From assembly GCA_016650445.1 (NCBI GenBank), contig JAENVS010000017.1, forward strand, positions 8,076-72,075: a stretch of DNA of 64,000 nt, read 5' to 3'. The position numbers and the translations under genes are program-made. The stretch is from Frankiaceae bacterium. Lineage in GTDB: Bacteria; Actinomycetota; Actinomycetes; Mycobacteriales; SCTD01. This document shows positions 8,970 to 16,902 of the stretch, piece after piece. Numbering within the stretch: position 1 is the first letter of the stretch; every line of letters starts with the position of its first letter. The notes under the pieces are model-generated. The model had not been told where the DNA came from, did no database searches, and worked only from the letters and a program-made list of their open reading frames with translations.

Positions 8970-9595
8970 GGTGGCTGCCGGCGGCCCGCTACACGTGGCG
9001 CAGTCGCCCGGCGTTCGCCGTCGCCGCGGTCGCGTTGGTCGGGCCCGCGTTCGTCCTGTTCGTCGGCAAGGACACGGACGCGCCGATCCGGCTTCGGGTG
9101 GTGGGGCTGGCGCTGGCGGTCCTGGTCGCCCTCGGGTGGGAGGACCGCGCGGCGCCGCTGGCCGCTGCCACACCGGTCGGGCTGCCGGCGGTGCAGCGCG
9201 GTCGGCTGCTCCTGCTGGTCCTGGCCGCCTCAGGCGCCTTGGCCTTGACCTGCGTGGCCGCCACGCAGCGCGCGCCGGACGTGGGGGTCTGGTCGGCGGC
9301 GGTCGAGATCGGCGCTGTCGCGGCGCTGCTGACCGCGATCGTCGGTGCGCTGGCCCGTGAGCGGCTCGGCGAGAGCCTGTCCGCGTACCCGGTCCCGCTG
9401 CTACTCGTGCTGCTCGTGCTGGCCTTCCGGGTCCCCGAGCGCTGGACGCTGGTTGCCAGCCCGGGCAGCCCGGCATGGGGAGATGTCCACCGACGTTGGT
9501 CGGGCCTGCTGGTGATCGGCCTGCTGGCGTTGGTCGTGGTCGGCCGCGATCCCGCGTCCCGGACCCTGCTGAACCGAGGGCGCCGTACGGCTTAG
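8966..9595 (+). CDS. polytopic membrane protein
   Basis: 209-aa ORF whose GTG start overlaps the previous stop (GTGA). It has multiple hydrophobic helices and no recognisable motif. Confidence 0.5.
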   Translation: MRWLPAARYTWRSRPAFAVAAVALVGPAFVLFVGKDTDAPIRLRVVGLALAVLVALGWEDRAAPLAAATPVGLPAVQRGRLLLLVLAASGALALTCVAATQRAPDVGVWSAAVEIGAVAALLTAIVGALARERLGESLSAYPVPLLLVLLVLAFRVPERWTLVASPGSPAWGDVHRRWSGLLVIGLLALVVVGRDPASRTLLNRGRRTA

Positions 9596-11427
9596 AAGGC
9601 CGCCTCGTCCAGGTCCATCAGCGAAAGGTCGACCGCCTCGGCGATCGCGCGCTTCGAGGTGAGCTCCGGGAAGACGCTCGCGGCGAACCACCGCGCGGCC
9701 GCGATCTTGCCCTCGTAGAACGCCTTGTCCTTGCCCGTCGCGGCCCCGAGCTTGTCGACAGCTACGGCAGCCTGTCGCAGCAGCAGCCAGCCGACGACGA
9801 GGTCGCCGAGCGCCATGAGGACCCGCGTGGTGTTCAGGCCGACCTTGTAGACGTTGCGGGTCTCCTCGACCGAGCCCATCAGGTCGTTGACCATGTGGTT
9901 GACGATGCCCTGCACGTCCTCGAGTGCCTGCTCCAGCAGCTCGCGCTCGCGCACCAGCGCGCCGTTGCCGGCGTCGCCCTTCGCGAACTCCTGGATGTCG
10001 GCGGCGAGCTTGCCCAGCGCCTGGCCCTTGTCCCGCACGATCTTGCGGAAGAACAGGTCCATGCCCTGGATCGTGGTCGTGCCCTCGTAGAGGGTGTCGA
10101 TCTTGGCGTCACGGATGTACTGCTCGATGGGGTAGTCCTGCGTGAACCCCGAGCCGCCGTAGATCTGCAGCGAGGTCGCCAGCAGCTCGTAGGCCTTCTC
10201 CGACCCGTAGCCCTTCACGATGGGCAGCAGCAGGTCGTTGAGCCGTACGGCGAGGTCGTCGACCTGCCCGTTGTGACTGGAGATCTCGACCTGGTCCTGC
10301 ACTGTCGCGGTGTAGAGGACGAGCGCACGCATGCCCTCTGCCCAGGCCTTCTGGCGCATCAGCATCAGTCGCACGTCGGGGTGGTTGGTGATGACGACGC
10401 GCGGCGCCGTCTTGTCGGTCATCTTGGTCAGGTCGGCGCCCTGCACGCGCTGCTTGGCGTAGTCGAGCGCGTTGAGGTAGCCGGTCGACAGCGTGGAGAT
10501 CGCCTTCGTGCCGACCATCATGCGGGCGTACTCGATGACCTCGAACATCTGCGCGATGCCGTTGTGGACGTCGCCGACGAGCGTGCCGATCGCCGGGTGC
10601 TTCTCGCCAAAGGTGAGCTCGCACGTGGTGGAGACCTTCAGCCCCATCTTCTTCTCGACGTTGGTCACGTAGGCGCCGTTGCGCTCGCCGAGTGAGCCGT
10701 CCTCGTTGACGAGGAACTTGGGGACGAGGAACAGCGAGAGTCCTTTGGTACCAGCGCCTCCCGCGCCCGGGACGCCTTCGGGGCGGGCGAGCACGAGGTG
10801 GAAGATGTTCTCCGGCCAGTCCCACTCGGCACTGGTGATGAAGCGCTTCACGCCCTCGATGTGCCAGGTGCCGTCGGCCTGCTGCAGCGCCTTCGCGCGC
10901 CCGGCGCCGACGTCGGAGCCGGCGTCGGGCTCGGTGAGCACCATCGTCGCTCCCCAGTGGCGCTCGATCGCAAGCTCGGCGAACTGCTTCTGCGCGGGCG
11001 TGCCGTTGCGGTGCAGGATCTGCGCGAAGGCGGGACCCGCCGCGAACATGTAGATCGCCGGGTTGGCGCCGAGCACCATCTCCGAGAACGCCCAGATCAG
11101 CGAGGGCGGGGCGCCGATGCCGCCGAGCTCTGCCGAGAGCGGGAACGCGTCCCACCCGCCTTCGACGTACGCCGAGAAGCTCTTCTTGAAGCTCTCCGGA
11201 ACCGTGACGGTGCTGGTCTCGGGGTCGAAGACCGGCGGGTTGCGGTCGGCGTCGATGAAGGACGCCGCCAGGTCGTTGGTGGCCAGCCGGTCGACCTCGC
11301 GCAGCAGGTCCTTGGCCGAGTCGAGGTCGAGCTGCCCGAACGGCTCGGTGCCCAGGGCCTTGTCGGCGCCGAACACCTCGAACAGGTTGAACTCGATGTC
11401 GCGCAGGTTGCTCTTGTAGTGACCCAT
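9592..11427 (-). CDS. acyl-CoA dehydrogenase, long (about 610 aa, FadE5-like) form
   Basis: [20 protein letters not shown] is the typical N-terminus of this long ACAD class, with ACAD N/M/C domains and a C-terminal extension. ATG 11427 was chosen over the upstream ORF start at 11496. Confidence 0.9.
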   Translation of the reverse strand: MGHYKSNLRDIEFNLFEVFGADKALGTEPFGQLDLDSAKDLLREVDRLATNDLAASFIDADRNPPVFDPETSTVTVPESFKKSFSAYVEGGWDAFPLSAELGGIGAPPSLIWAFSEMVLGANPAIYMFAAGPAFAQILHRNGTPAQKQFAELAIERHWGATMVLTEPDAGSDVGAGRAKALQQADGTWHIEGVKRFITSAEWDWPENIFHLVLARPEGVPGAGGAGTKGLSLFLVPKFLVNEDGSLGERNGAYVTNVEKKMGLKVSTTCELTFGEKHPAIGTLVGDVHNGIAQMFEVIEYARMMVGTKAISTLSTGYLNALDYAKQRVQGADLTKMTDKTAPRVVITNHPDVRLMLMRQKAWAEGMRALVLYTATVQDQVEISSHNGQVDDLAVRLNDLLLPIVKGYGSEKAYELLATSLQIYGGSGFTQDYPIEQYIRDAKIDTLYEGTTTIQGMDLFFRKIVRDKGQALGKLAADIQEFAKGDAGNGALVRERELLEQALEDVQGIVNHMVNDLMGSVEETRNVYKVGLNTTRVLMALGDLVVGWLLLRQAAVAVDKLGAATGKDKAFYEGKIAAARWFAASVFPELTSKRAIAEAVDLSLMDLDEAAF

Positions 11428-11538
11428 GGGTGCTCGGGCTCCTGGTGCTCGCCGGCGGGGGAACGCCAGGATGCTACCCACGGGTAACTTTTGCAACCGC
11501 CCAGATGGAGCAACGGCAGCGCCTCAGCTTCGCCTATC

Positions 11539-11566
11539 ATCCGTACGGATCTACGGATCTACGGAT
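11539..11566. promoter_or_regulatory. candidate operator: 12-bp perfect palindrome ATCCGTACGGAT followed by two more TACGGAT half-sites at 8-bp spacing
   Basis: Direct reading gives the palindrome at 11539-11550 and TACGGAT at 11544-50, 11552-58 and 11560-66. It ends 12 nt before the GTG of the ArsR-family gene, in the divergent intergenic region with the ACAD gene. Confidence 0.4.
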
Positions 11567-11577
11567 AGAGGTGGGGG

Positions 11578-11958
11578 GTGACCGCGACCGCCGCGCACGC
11601 GCATCCCGTCGATCCGGAACGCGTCGCGCATGCGCGCAGCCGGCTACCTAGCCTCGACGACGCGAGCCGGCTGACCAGCCTGCTGTCGCTCATCGCCGAC
11701 CCCGTGCGGTTGCGGATCCTTTACGCGCTGGACGTGTCCGAGGAGCTCTGCGTCGGTGACCTCGCGCTCGCCCTCGGCGCCAACGAGGACCAGGTCAGCT
11801 ACGGGCTGCGCGTGCTGCGCACCTCCGGGTTGGTGCTGACGCGCAAGGACGGCCGCGTCGTGTTCTACCGGCTCGCGCCCGACTTCCCGGCGCCGCTGCG
11901 CGAGCACTGCCTGCAGCAGCTCGTCGACATCACCCGAGGACCCGCCGCGCAGGACTAG
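11578..11958 (+). CDS. ArsR/SmtB family transcriptional regulator
   Basis: 126 aa. Winged HTH: LSLIADPVRLRILYALDVSEELCVGDLALALGANEDQVSYGLRVLRTSGLV. Confidence 0.85.
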   Translation: MTATAAHAHPVDPERVAHARSRLPSLDDASRLTSLLSLIADPVRLRILYALDVSEELCVGDLALALGANEDQVSYGLRVLRTSGLVLTRKDGRVVFYRLAPDFPAPLREHCLQQLVDITRGPAAQD

Positions 11959-11979
11959 CCACACATGCGCGCATCGCGC

Positions 11980-12017
11980 GTGGAGCGGGCGACGAGAATC
12001 GAACTCGCGTTCTCAGC
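11980..12017 (-). repeat. 38-nt exact duplicate of the 3' half of tRNA-Gly plus 1 nt (att-like direct repeat)
   Basis: GTGGAGCGGGCGACGAGAATCGAACTCGCGTTCTCAGC occurs at 11980-12017 and again at 12577-12614. The second copy is part of the intact tRNA. Confidence 0.85.
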
Positions 12018-12395
12018 CGAGTGATCTCGCGGGAGTGCTCAGTCGGTTGGAGCGGTGCGGGGTGCCCAACTTCGCCGAAGCTGTCCGGCGCCTGGCTCCG
12101 GAAGACGCATAGCGACAGCTCGAGGGCCTGCTCTGAGGGCCGCAGACTGCAGCGGGAACGGCAGATAGCCGGGCCGGTCCGGTGATGAACGAGCCGTGGC
12201 CGTCGGGTAGGGGCCAGTCAGCCCCGGTCGCCGACAGCTGCATCCGGCGAGCGGGAACCGGCCTGCTCAGCTGTTCCACCATCGCCGTGCGCGACCCAGG
12301 CTCGCCGCACACGCTCACCGCGCGCACGCTGATCACGCGCGGCGCGTCGGGGTGATCGCCGTGCGCATCGCTCGCTCGCCGCGCACACGTGCGAC

Positions 12396-12426
12396 GCGCA
12401 CGCTGATCACCGCGCACGCTGATCAC
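12396..12426. repeat. 15-mer GCGCACGCTGATCAC in near-tandem duplicate; a third copy lies at 12322-12336
   Basis: Direct reading gives copies at 12322-12336, 12396-12410 and 12412-12426. Confidence 0.85.
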
Positions 12427-12577
12427 GAAGTGCCCTTCGAGGCAGAAGTGTCCCTGTCCGCCACCGGCCGTGCCCGTCCGCGCGCTACGGGCACGCCGCG
12501 GGCACGCGGAGATCATCCGGCCGAGCAGTAAAAGAGGCCGAGACAGCGGATCATGGCGCTGACCTGGGCGTTCGATG

Positions 12578-12651
12578 TGGAGCGGGCGACGAGAATCGAA
12601 CTCGCGTTCTCAGCTTGGGAAGCTGATGTTCTGCCGCTGAACTACGCCCGC
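12578..12651 (-). tRNA. tRNA-Gly (anticodon CCC)
   Basis: The reverse complement GCGGGCGTAGTTCAGCGGCAGAACATCAGCTTCCCAAGCTGAGAACGCGAGTTCGATTCTCGTCGCCCGCTCCA folds as a cloverleaf. It has a 7-bp acceptor stem, D arm GTTC/GAAC, anticodon stem TCAGC/GCTGA with loop TTCCCAA, T-loop TTCGATT, and an encoded CCA. Confidence 0.9.
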
Positions 12652-12717
12652 GTGCTGCTCGCCGGCGATGTTACTAGCCGAGCGCGCGCCGGCGTACCCG
12701 GTCGATAGGGTCCGCGC

Positions 12718-13839
12718 ATGCTGCTGAGCGACCGGGACCTCAAGGCCGCCCTCGCCGAGGGGCGGATGGGCCTGGACCCGTACGACGAGGCCATGGTCCA
12801 GCCGTCGAGCGTCGACGTCCGCCTGGACCGCTACTTCCGAGTCTTCGCGAACCACCGCTACACGCACATCGACCCGGCCGTCGCACAGGACGACCTGACC
12901 GAGCTGCTCGAGCCCGAGGGCGAGGAGCCGTTCATCCTGCACCCGGGGGAGTTCGTCCTCGGCTCGACGCTCGAGGTCATCTCCCTCGGCCACGACCTCG
13001 CCGCGCGCCTAGAAGGCAAGGCCCTCGCCCTCGACACGGAGGTCCCGACCCCGTGGGGCTGGACGACGATGGAGCACCTCGAGGTCGGGGACGAGGTCTT
13101 CGACGAGACGGGTTCGCCGACCACCATCGTCGCTGCGACCGAGGTGATGACCGACCGGCCCTGCTACGAGGTGCTCCTGTCGGACGGCAGCCGGTTCGTC
13201 GCCGATGGGAAGCACCTCTGGGTTACCAAGACCAAGGGTGAGCGCGCCCGCGGCTTGCCCGCGCAGTCTCGAACCACGGATCAGCTGGCGGCCACGCTGC
13301 GCGCCGGCCGTGAGTGGAACCACCACATCCAGATCGCCGCCGACGTGCCCGCGGACGTCGCCGCCGGAGCTGCTGCACTCGGTGGCGCACGCCGTGCGGG
13401 GACGGCCACGCTCGTGAGGACTCCTCCTGAAGCCGGCCGCCGGCTGCTGTCGCGGGAGGTCGTCGCGGTGCGGCCGAGCTCGTCGGTGCCGGTGCGGTGC
13501 ATTCAGGTGGCGGCACCGAGCGGGATGTTCCTCATCGGGCGCACTTTCGTGCCGACGCACAACAGCTCGCTCGGGCGGCTTGGGTTGCTCACGCACTCGA
13601 CCGCCGGCTTCATCGATCCCGGGTTTTCGGGACACGTGACGCTCGAGCTGTCCAACGTCGCGAACCTGCCGATCAAGCTCTACCCGGGCATGAAGATCGG
13701 GCAGATCTGCGTGCTGCAGCTGACGTCGCCCTCAGAGCACCCCTACGGCTCGTCCATCTACGGCTCGCGCTACCAGGACCAGCGCGGCCCGACCCCGTCG
13801 CGGTCCTACCTCCGCTTCAGCCGCACCCCGACCCAGTAG
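12718..13839 (+). CDS. dcd: dCTP deaminase precursor, interrupted in frame by a mini-intein
   Basis: Residues 1-101 (MLLSDRDLKAALAEG...ARLEGK) plus residues 283-373 (SSLGRLGLLTHSTAGFIDPGFSGHVTLEL...) make a normal 192-aa Dcd. The 181 aa between them have intein blocks. Confidence 0.9.
   Translation: MLLSDRDLKAALAEGRMGLDPYDEAMVQPSSVDVRLDRYFRVFANHRYTHIDPAVAQDDLTELLEPEGEEPFILHPGEFVLGSTLEVISLGHDLAARLEGKALALDTEVPTPWGWTTMEHLEVGDEVFDETGSPTTIVAATEVMTDRPCYEVLLSDGSRFVADGKHLWVTKTKGERARGLPAQSRTTDQLAATLRAGREWNHHIQIAADVPADVAAGAAALGGARRAGTATLVRTPPEAGRRLLSREVVAVRPSSSVPVRCIQVAAPSGMFLIGRTFVPTHNSSLGRLGLLTHSTAGFIDPGFSGHVTLELSNVANLPIKLYPGMKIGQICVLQLTSPSEHPYGSSIYGSRYQDQRGPTPSRSYLRFSRTPTQ
13021..13563 (+). mobile_element. 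181-aa mini-intein with class 3 (WCT) hallmarks, no homing-endonuclease domain
   Basis: Block A is ALALDTEV (Ala1). Block B is GSRFVADGKHLWVT (His B:10, Trp B:12; TGG at 13219-21). Block F is PVRCIQV (Cys F:4; TGC at 13498-500). Block G is FVPTHN followed by Ser+1 (Thr G:5, His G:6, Asn G:7). Confidence 0.8.
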
Positions 13840-13840
13840 C

Positions 13841-14149
13841 TCAGCGGTCGGTGACGGTCAGCTTCTTGCTGACCAGCGGCCGGCCGCCCTCCGCGGAGAA
13901 CACGCTGATCGTGTGCTCGCCGGCAGGGACCTGCACGCCCATCTCGCCCTTGCCCTTGCAGCCGGACATGGTGACCGGAGGGCGCACCACCTGCGCCTCC
14001 CGCGCCCCCTGCACCGGTGTCGCAGTCAGCTCGGCGGACAGCGACGCCGCGTCGATCGCGACGACGAGGGAACGGTCGGGTCCGGTGACGGCGTAGTAGA
14101 GCGGGCTGCCGCGCCGAAGCTCGTCCGCCGAGATGGCGAAGCCCGGCAC
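13841..14149 (-). CDS. hypothetical protein; the true product is probably longer and membrane-anchored (see findings)
   Basis: 102-aa ORF from GTG 14149. The same frame stays open with high GC3 for about 210 nt upstream and encodes a TM helix, but it has no ATG, GTG or TTG. Confidence 0.5.
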   Translation of the reverse strand: MPGFAISADELRRGSPLYYAVTGPDRSLVVAIDAASLSAELTATPVQGAREAQVVRPPVTMSGCKGKGEMGVQVPAGEHTISVFSAEGGRPLVSKKLTVTDR

Positions 14150-14390
14150 CTCGCACGACGTCGTGAGGTCGGGCGTGTTGTTGCGCCCGCCGTACCGAAC
14201 GCCGCTGCCGAGCAGGACGATGATCAGTACGCCGAGAAGCAGACCCAGCGACCCGACGCGCAGGTTGCCGAACTTCAGCTGCGGCAGCGGCCGGTTCTCA
14301 TCGGGCGCCTCGGGGTCGCCCTGCAGCGACTCGCTCCCTCGGAGGACGGCGAGCTCATAGGCGTCCAGTCCGGCACGGCGACTGCGCTTG

Positions 14391-16748
14391 TCACTCGTCG
14401 GACTTCTCCGCCTCGGTGGCCGTCGGCTCGACCGGCTTGGGTGCCTCGGCGACGACCTCCGGCGTGAGCGTCGCGGTCGCGGTCTTCGGCGTACCAGGCT
14501 CTGTCGTCGTGACGTGACCGCCGCCGACCGTGACCGGAGCCTTCTTCGGCACGAGAGACCGGGCGAGGATCTGTGACACGTCGAGGACCTGCACGCCCTC
14601 CTTCGCCGAGCCGTCCTGCTGCTTCGCGGTCACTGCGTCGGACAGCATCACGATGCAGAACGGGCACGCGGTCGAGATCAGGTCGGCATCGGTGGCGAGA
14701 GCCTCGTCGGTGCGCTCGACGTTGATGCGCTTGCCGATCTTCTCCTCCATCCACATCCGCGCGCCGCCGGCGCCGCAGCAGAAGCCGCGTTCCTTGCAGC
14801 GCGTCATCTCGGCGGTCTGGAAACCGGGGATGGCGTTGAGGATCTCGCGCGGCGGTGTGTAGACCCGGTTGTGCCGGCCGAGGTAGCACGGGTCGTGATA
14901 GGTGACCTTCTCGTCGACCGGCGTGACCGGCACGAGGTGCCCGTCCTCGACGAGCTTGCCGAGCAGCTGCGTGTGGTGGACGACGTCGTAGTGGCCGCCC
15001 ACCTGGGGGTACTCGTTGGCCAGCGTGTTGAAGCAGTGCGGGCAGGTCGCCACGATCTTCATGTCGTGCTCACGGCCGGCACCGATGCCGTTGAGCACCT
15101 CGACGTTCTGCTGGGCCAGCATCTGGAACACGAACTCGTTGCCGAGCCGCCGGGCCGGGTCACCGGTGCACGACTCACCGGCACCCAGTACGGCGAACTC
15201 CACGCCCGCCGTGTGCAGCAGCTCCGCGAACGCCCGGGTGACCTTCTTCGCGCGGTCCTCGAGAGCACCCGCGCAGCCGACCCAGTAGAGGTACTCCACG
15301 TCGTCGGGGATGGAGTCGGTGACGACCCGCACCTCGAACGGCAGGCCCTCCATCCAGTCCGTGCGCGAGGAGTTGTTCATCCCCCACGGGTTGCCCTTGT
15401 TCTCGAGGTTGCGCAGCATGACGCCGGCCTCACTCGGGAACGCGCTCTCGATCAGCACCTGGTAGCGGCGCATGTCGACGATGTGGTCGACGTGCTCGAT
15501 GTCGACCGGGCACTGCTCCACGCAGGCACCGCACGTCGTGCACGACCAGAGGACGTCCGGGTCGATGACGCCACCCTGCTCCAGGGTTCCGACCAGCGGG
15601 CGTACTGCCTGCTCCGGCGTACTGCCCTTGACCCGTGCGTAGCCGTCCTCGGGTACGTCGTGGCCGGAGTCGGTGCCCGCGTCGTGGAAGTCGGGCACGT
15701 GGTCCTCGGGCACGTCCTTCGAGCCCAAGATGTACGGCGCCTTCGCGAACAGGTGGTCGCGCAGGTTCATGATGACGAGCTTGGGGCTCAGCGGCTTTCC
15801 GGTGTTCCAGGCCGGGCACTGGCTCTGGCAACGGCCGCACTCGGTGCACGTGGCCATGTCGAGCATGGCCTTCCAGCCGAAGTCCTCGACCTTGCCGACG
15901 CCGAACGTGTCGGTCTCCGGGTCGGCCTGCTCGAAGTCGAGCGGCTTGCCCTTGCTGATCATCGGTTGCAGGGCGCCGAGAGCGACGCCGTGCGGGTCGC
16001 GCTTGGTCGTGACGTTGATCGGCGCGATGAAGATGTGCAGGTGCTTGGAGTACGTCACGATCACCAGGAAGCCGAAGATGACGGCGACCTGCGCGAGGAT
16101 GAAGAACGTCTCGAGGAAGCTGTTGACGTCGGTGCCGAGCGGGTCCAGCGCCTTTGCAACGACCCACGACGTGAACGTCCACCCGGAGTGCTCGGCGAAC
16201 GGGTAGTGGTCGGTGTTGATCTGCGGACCGCGGTAGCCGAACAGCGTGATCGCGACCAGCGCGATCATGCCGAGCACGACCCACGCGGCCTTGGTGTGCG
16301 ACCCGTAGAAGCGGCTGGCCCGCTCCTGCTTCGCGGGCGCGTTGCGGTTGCGGATGACCGCGAACGTCGCGAGGGAGACCAGCAGCAGCGTGCCGATCAG
16401 GTCCTCGGCGAACCCGAGCAGCCGCCAGTGGCCGATGACCGGGATCGCGAAGTCGCGGTCGATCAGTGCCCCGACCGCCTCGACGATCGTGGCGAACAAG
16501 ATCACGAAGGCCCAGAAGGTGATCAAGTGCGCGACGCCCGGGACGGACCACTTCAGCAGCCGCTGCTGGCCGAAGACCTCGACCACCTGCGCCTTGATGC
16601 GGGCCGGGAGCTCGGTGAGCCGGCCGGGCGAGGGCTGGCCGCTGGCGATCAGCCGGGTCAGGAAGACGACCCGTCGGGCGGCCACCGCCAGGCAGAGGAC
16701 GATGATGCCGAGGCCGAGGACCAGGCGGACCAGCATGTCCGTCTCCAC
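14391..16748 (-). CDS. membrane-bound Fe-S oxidoreductase (N-terminal polytopic domain, 2x[4Fe-4S] ferredoxin domain, CCG cysteine-rich domains; Rv0338c-like)
   Basis: 785 aa with about 6 N-terminal TM helices. Motifs: CTECGRCQSQCP and CTTCGACVEQCP; CCG-type motifs CPHCFNTL and GFCCGAGG. It holds the same position relative to dnaK as Rv0338c in M. tuberculosis (from memory). The start could be GTG 16748 or ATG 16736. Confidence 0.85.
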   Translation of the reverse strand: METDMLVRLVLGLGIIVLCLAVAARRVVFLTRLIASGQPSPGRLTELPARIKAQVVEVFGQQRLLKWSVPGVAHLITFWAFVILFATIVEAVGALIDRDFAIPVIGHWRLLGFAEDLIGTLLLVSLATFAVIRNRNAPAKQERASRFYGSHTKAAWVVLGMIALVAITLFGYRGPQINTDHYPFAEHSGWTFTSWVVAKALDPLGTDVNSFLETFFILAQVAVIFGFLVIVTYSKHLHIFIAPINVTTKRDPHGVALGALQPMISKGKPLDFEQADPETDTFGVGKVEDFGWKAMLDMATCTECGRCQSQCPAWNTGKPLSPKLVIMNLRDHLFAKAPYILGSKDVPEDHVPDFHDAGTDSGHDVPEDGYARVKGSTPEQAVRPLVGTLEQGGVIDPDVLWSCTTCGACVEQCPVDIEHVDHIVDMRRYQVLIESAFPSEAGVMLRNLENKGNPWGMNNSSRTDWMEGLPFEVRVVTDSIPDDVEYLYWVGCAGALEDRAKKVTRAFAELLHTAGVEFAVLGAGESCTGDPARRLGNEFVFQMLAQQNVEVLNGIGAGREHDMKIVATCPHCFNTLANEYPQVGGHYDVVHHTQLLGKLVEDGHLVPVTPVDEKVTYHDPCYLGRHNRVYTPPREILNAIPGFQTAEMTRCKERGFCCGAGGARMWMEEKIGKRINVERTDEALATDADLISTACPFCIVMLSDAVTAKQQDGSAKEGVQVLDVSQILARSLVPKKAPVTVGGGHVTTTEPGTPKTATATLTPEVVAEAPKPVEPTATEAEKSDE

Positions 16749-16842
16749 GTGTTGCCCTCCATGAGCGGTGCGCGCGGCCGGGACCCGGCACGCGGGAGCC
16801 TATTGCGGGCCAGTCAGCGGGCTGGCCTCGGCCCGGATCTGT

Positions 16843-16882
16843 GGTTCTGCAGCCGACACGCCGGCGCGTTTGCTGCAGAACC
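16843..16882. repeat. perfect 11-bp inverted repeat GGTTCTGCAGC / GCTGCAGAACC with an 18-nt spacer
   Basis: Direct reading gives arms at 16843-16853 and 16872-16882. It lies in the 540-nt gap between the Fe-S oxidoreductase gene and dnaK. Confidence 0.85.
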
Positions 16883-16902
16883 GCAACTGACCGCGAGAGG
16901 CA

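Noticed and set aside
12013-12516. 167-aa minus-strand ORF inside the att-flanked 560-bp segment
   Set aside because: It is Arg/Ala/Ser/Gly-rich with no motif. It overlaps the short DNA repeats and starts inside the duplicated tRNA fragment. I treat it as non-coding filler of a decayed element rather than a cargo gene.
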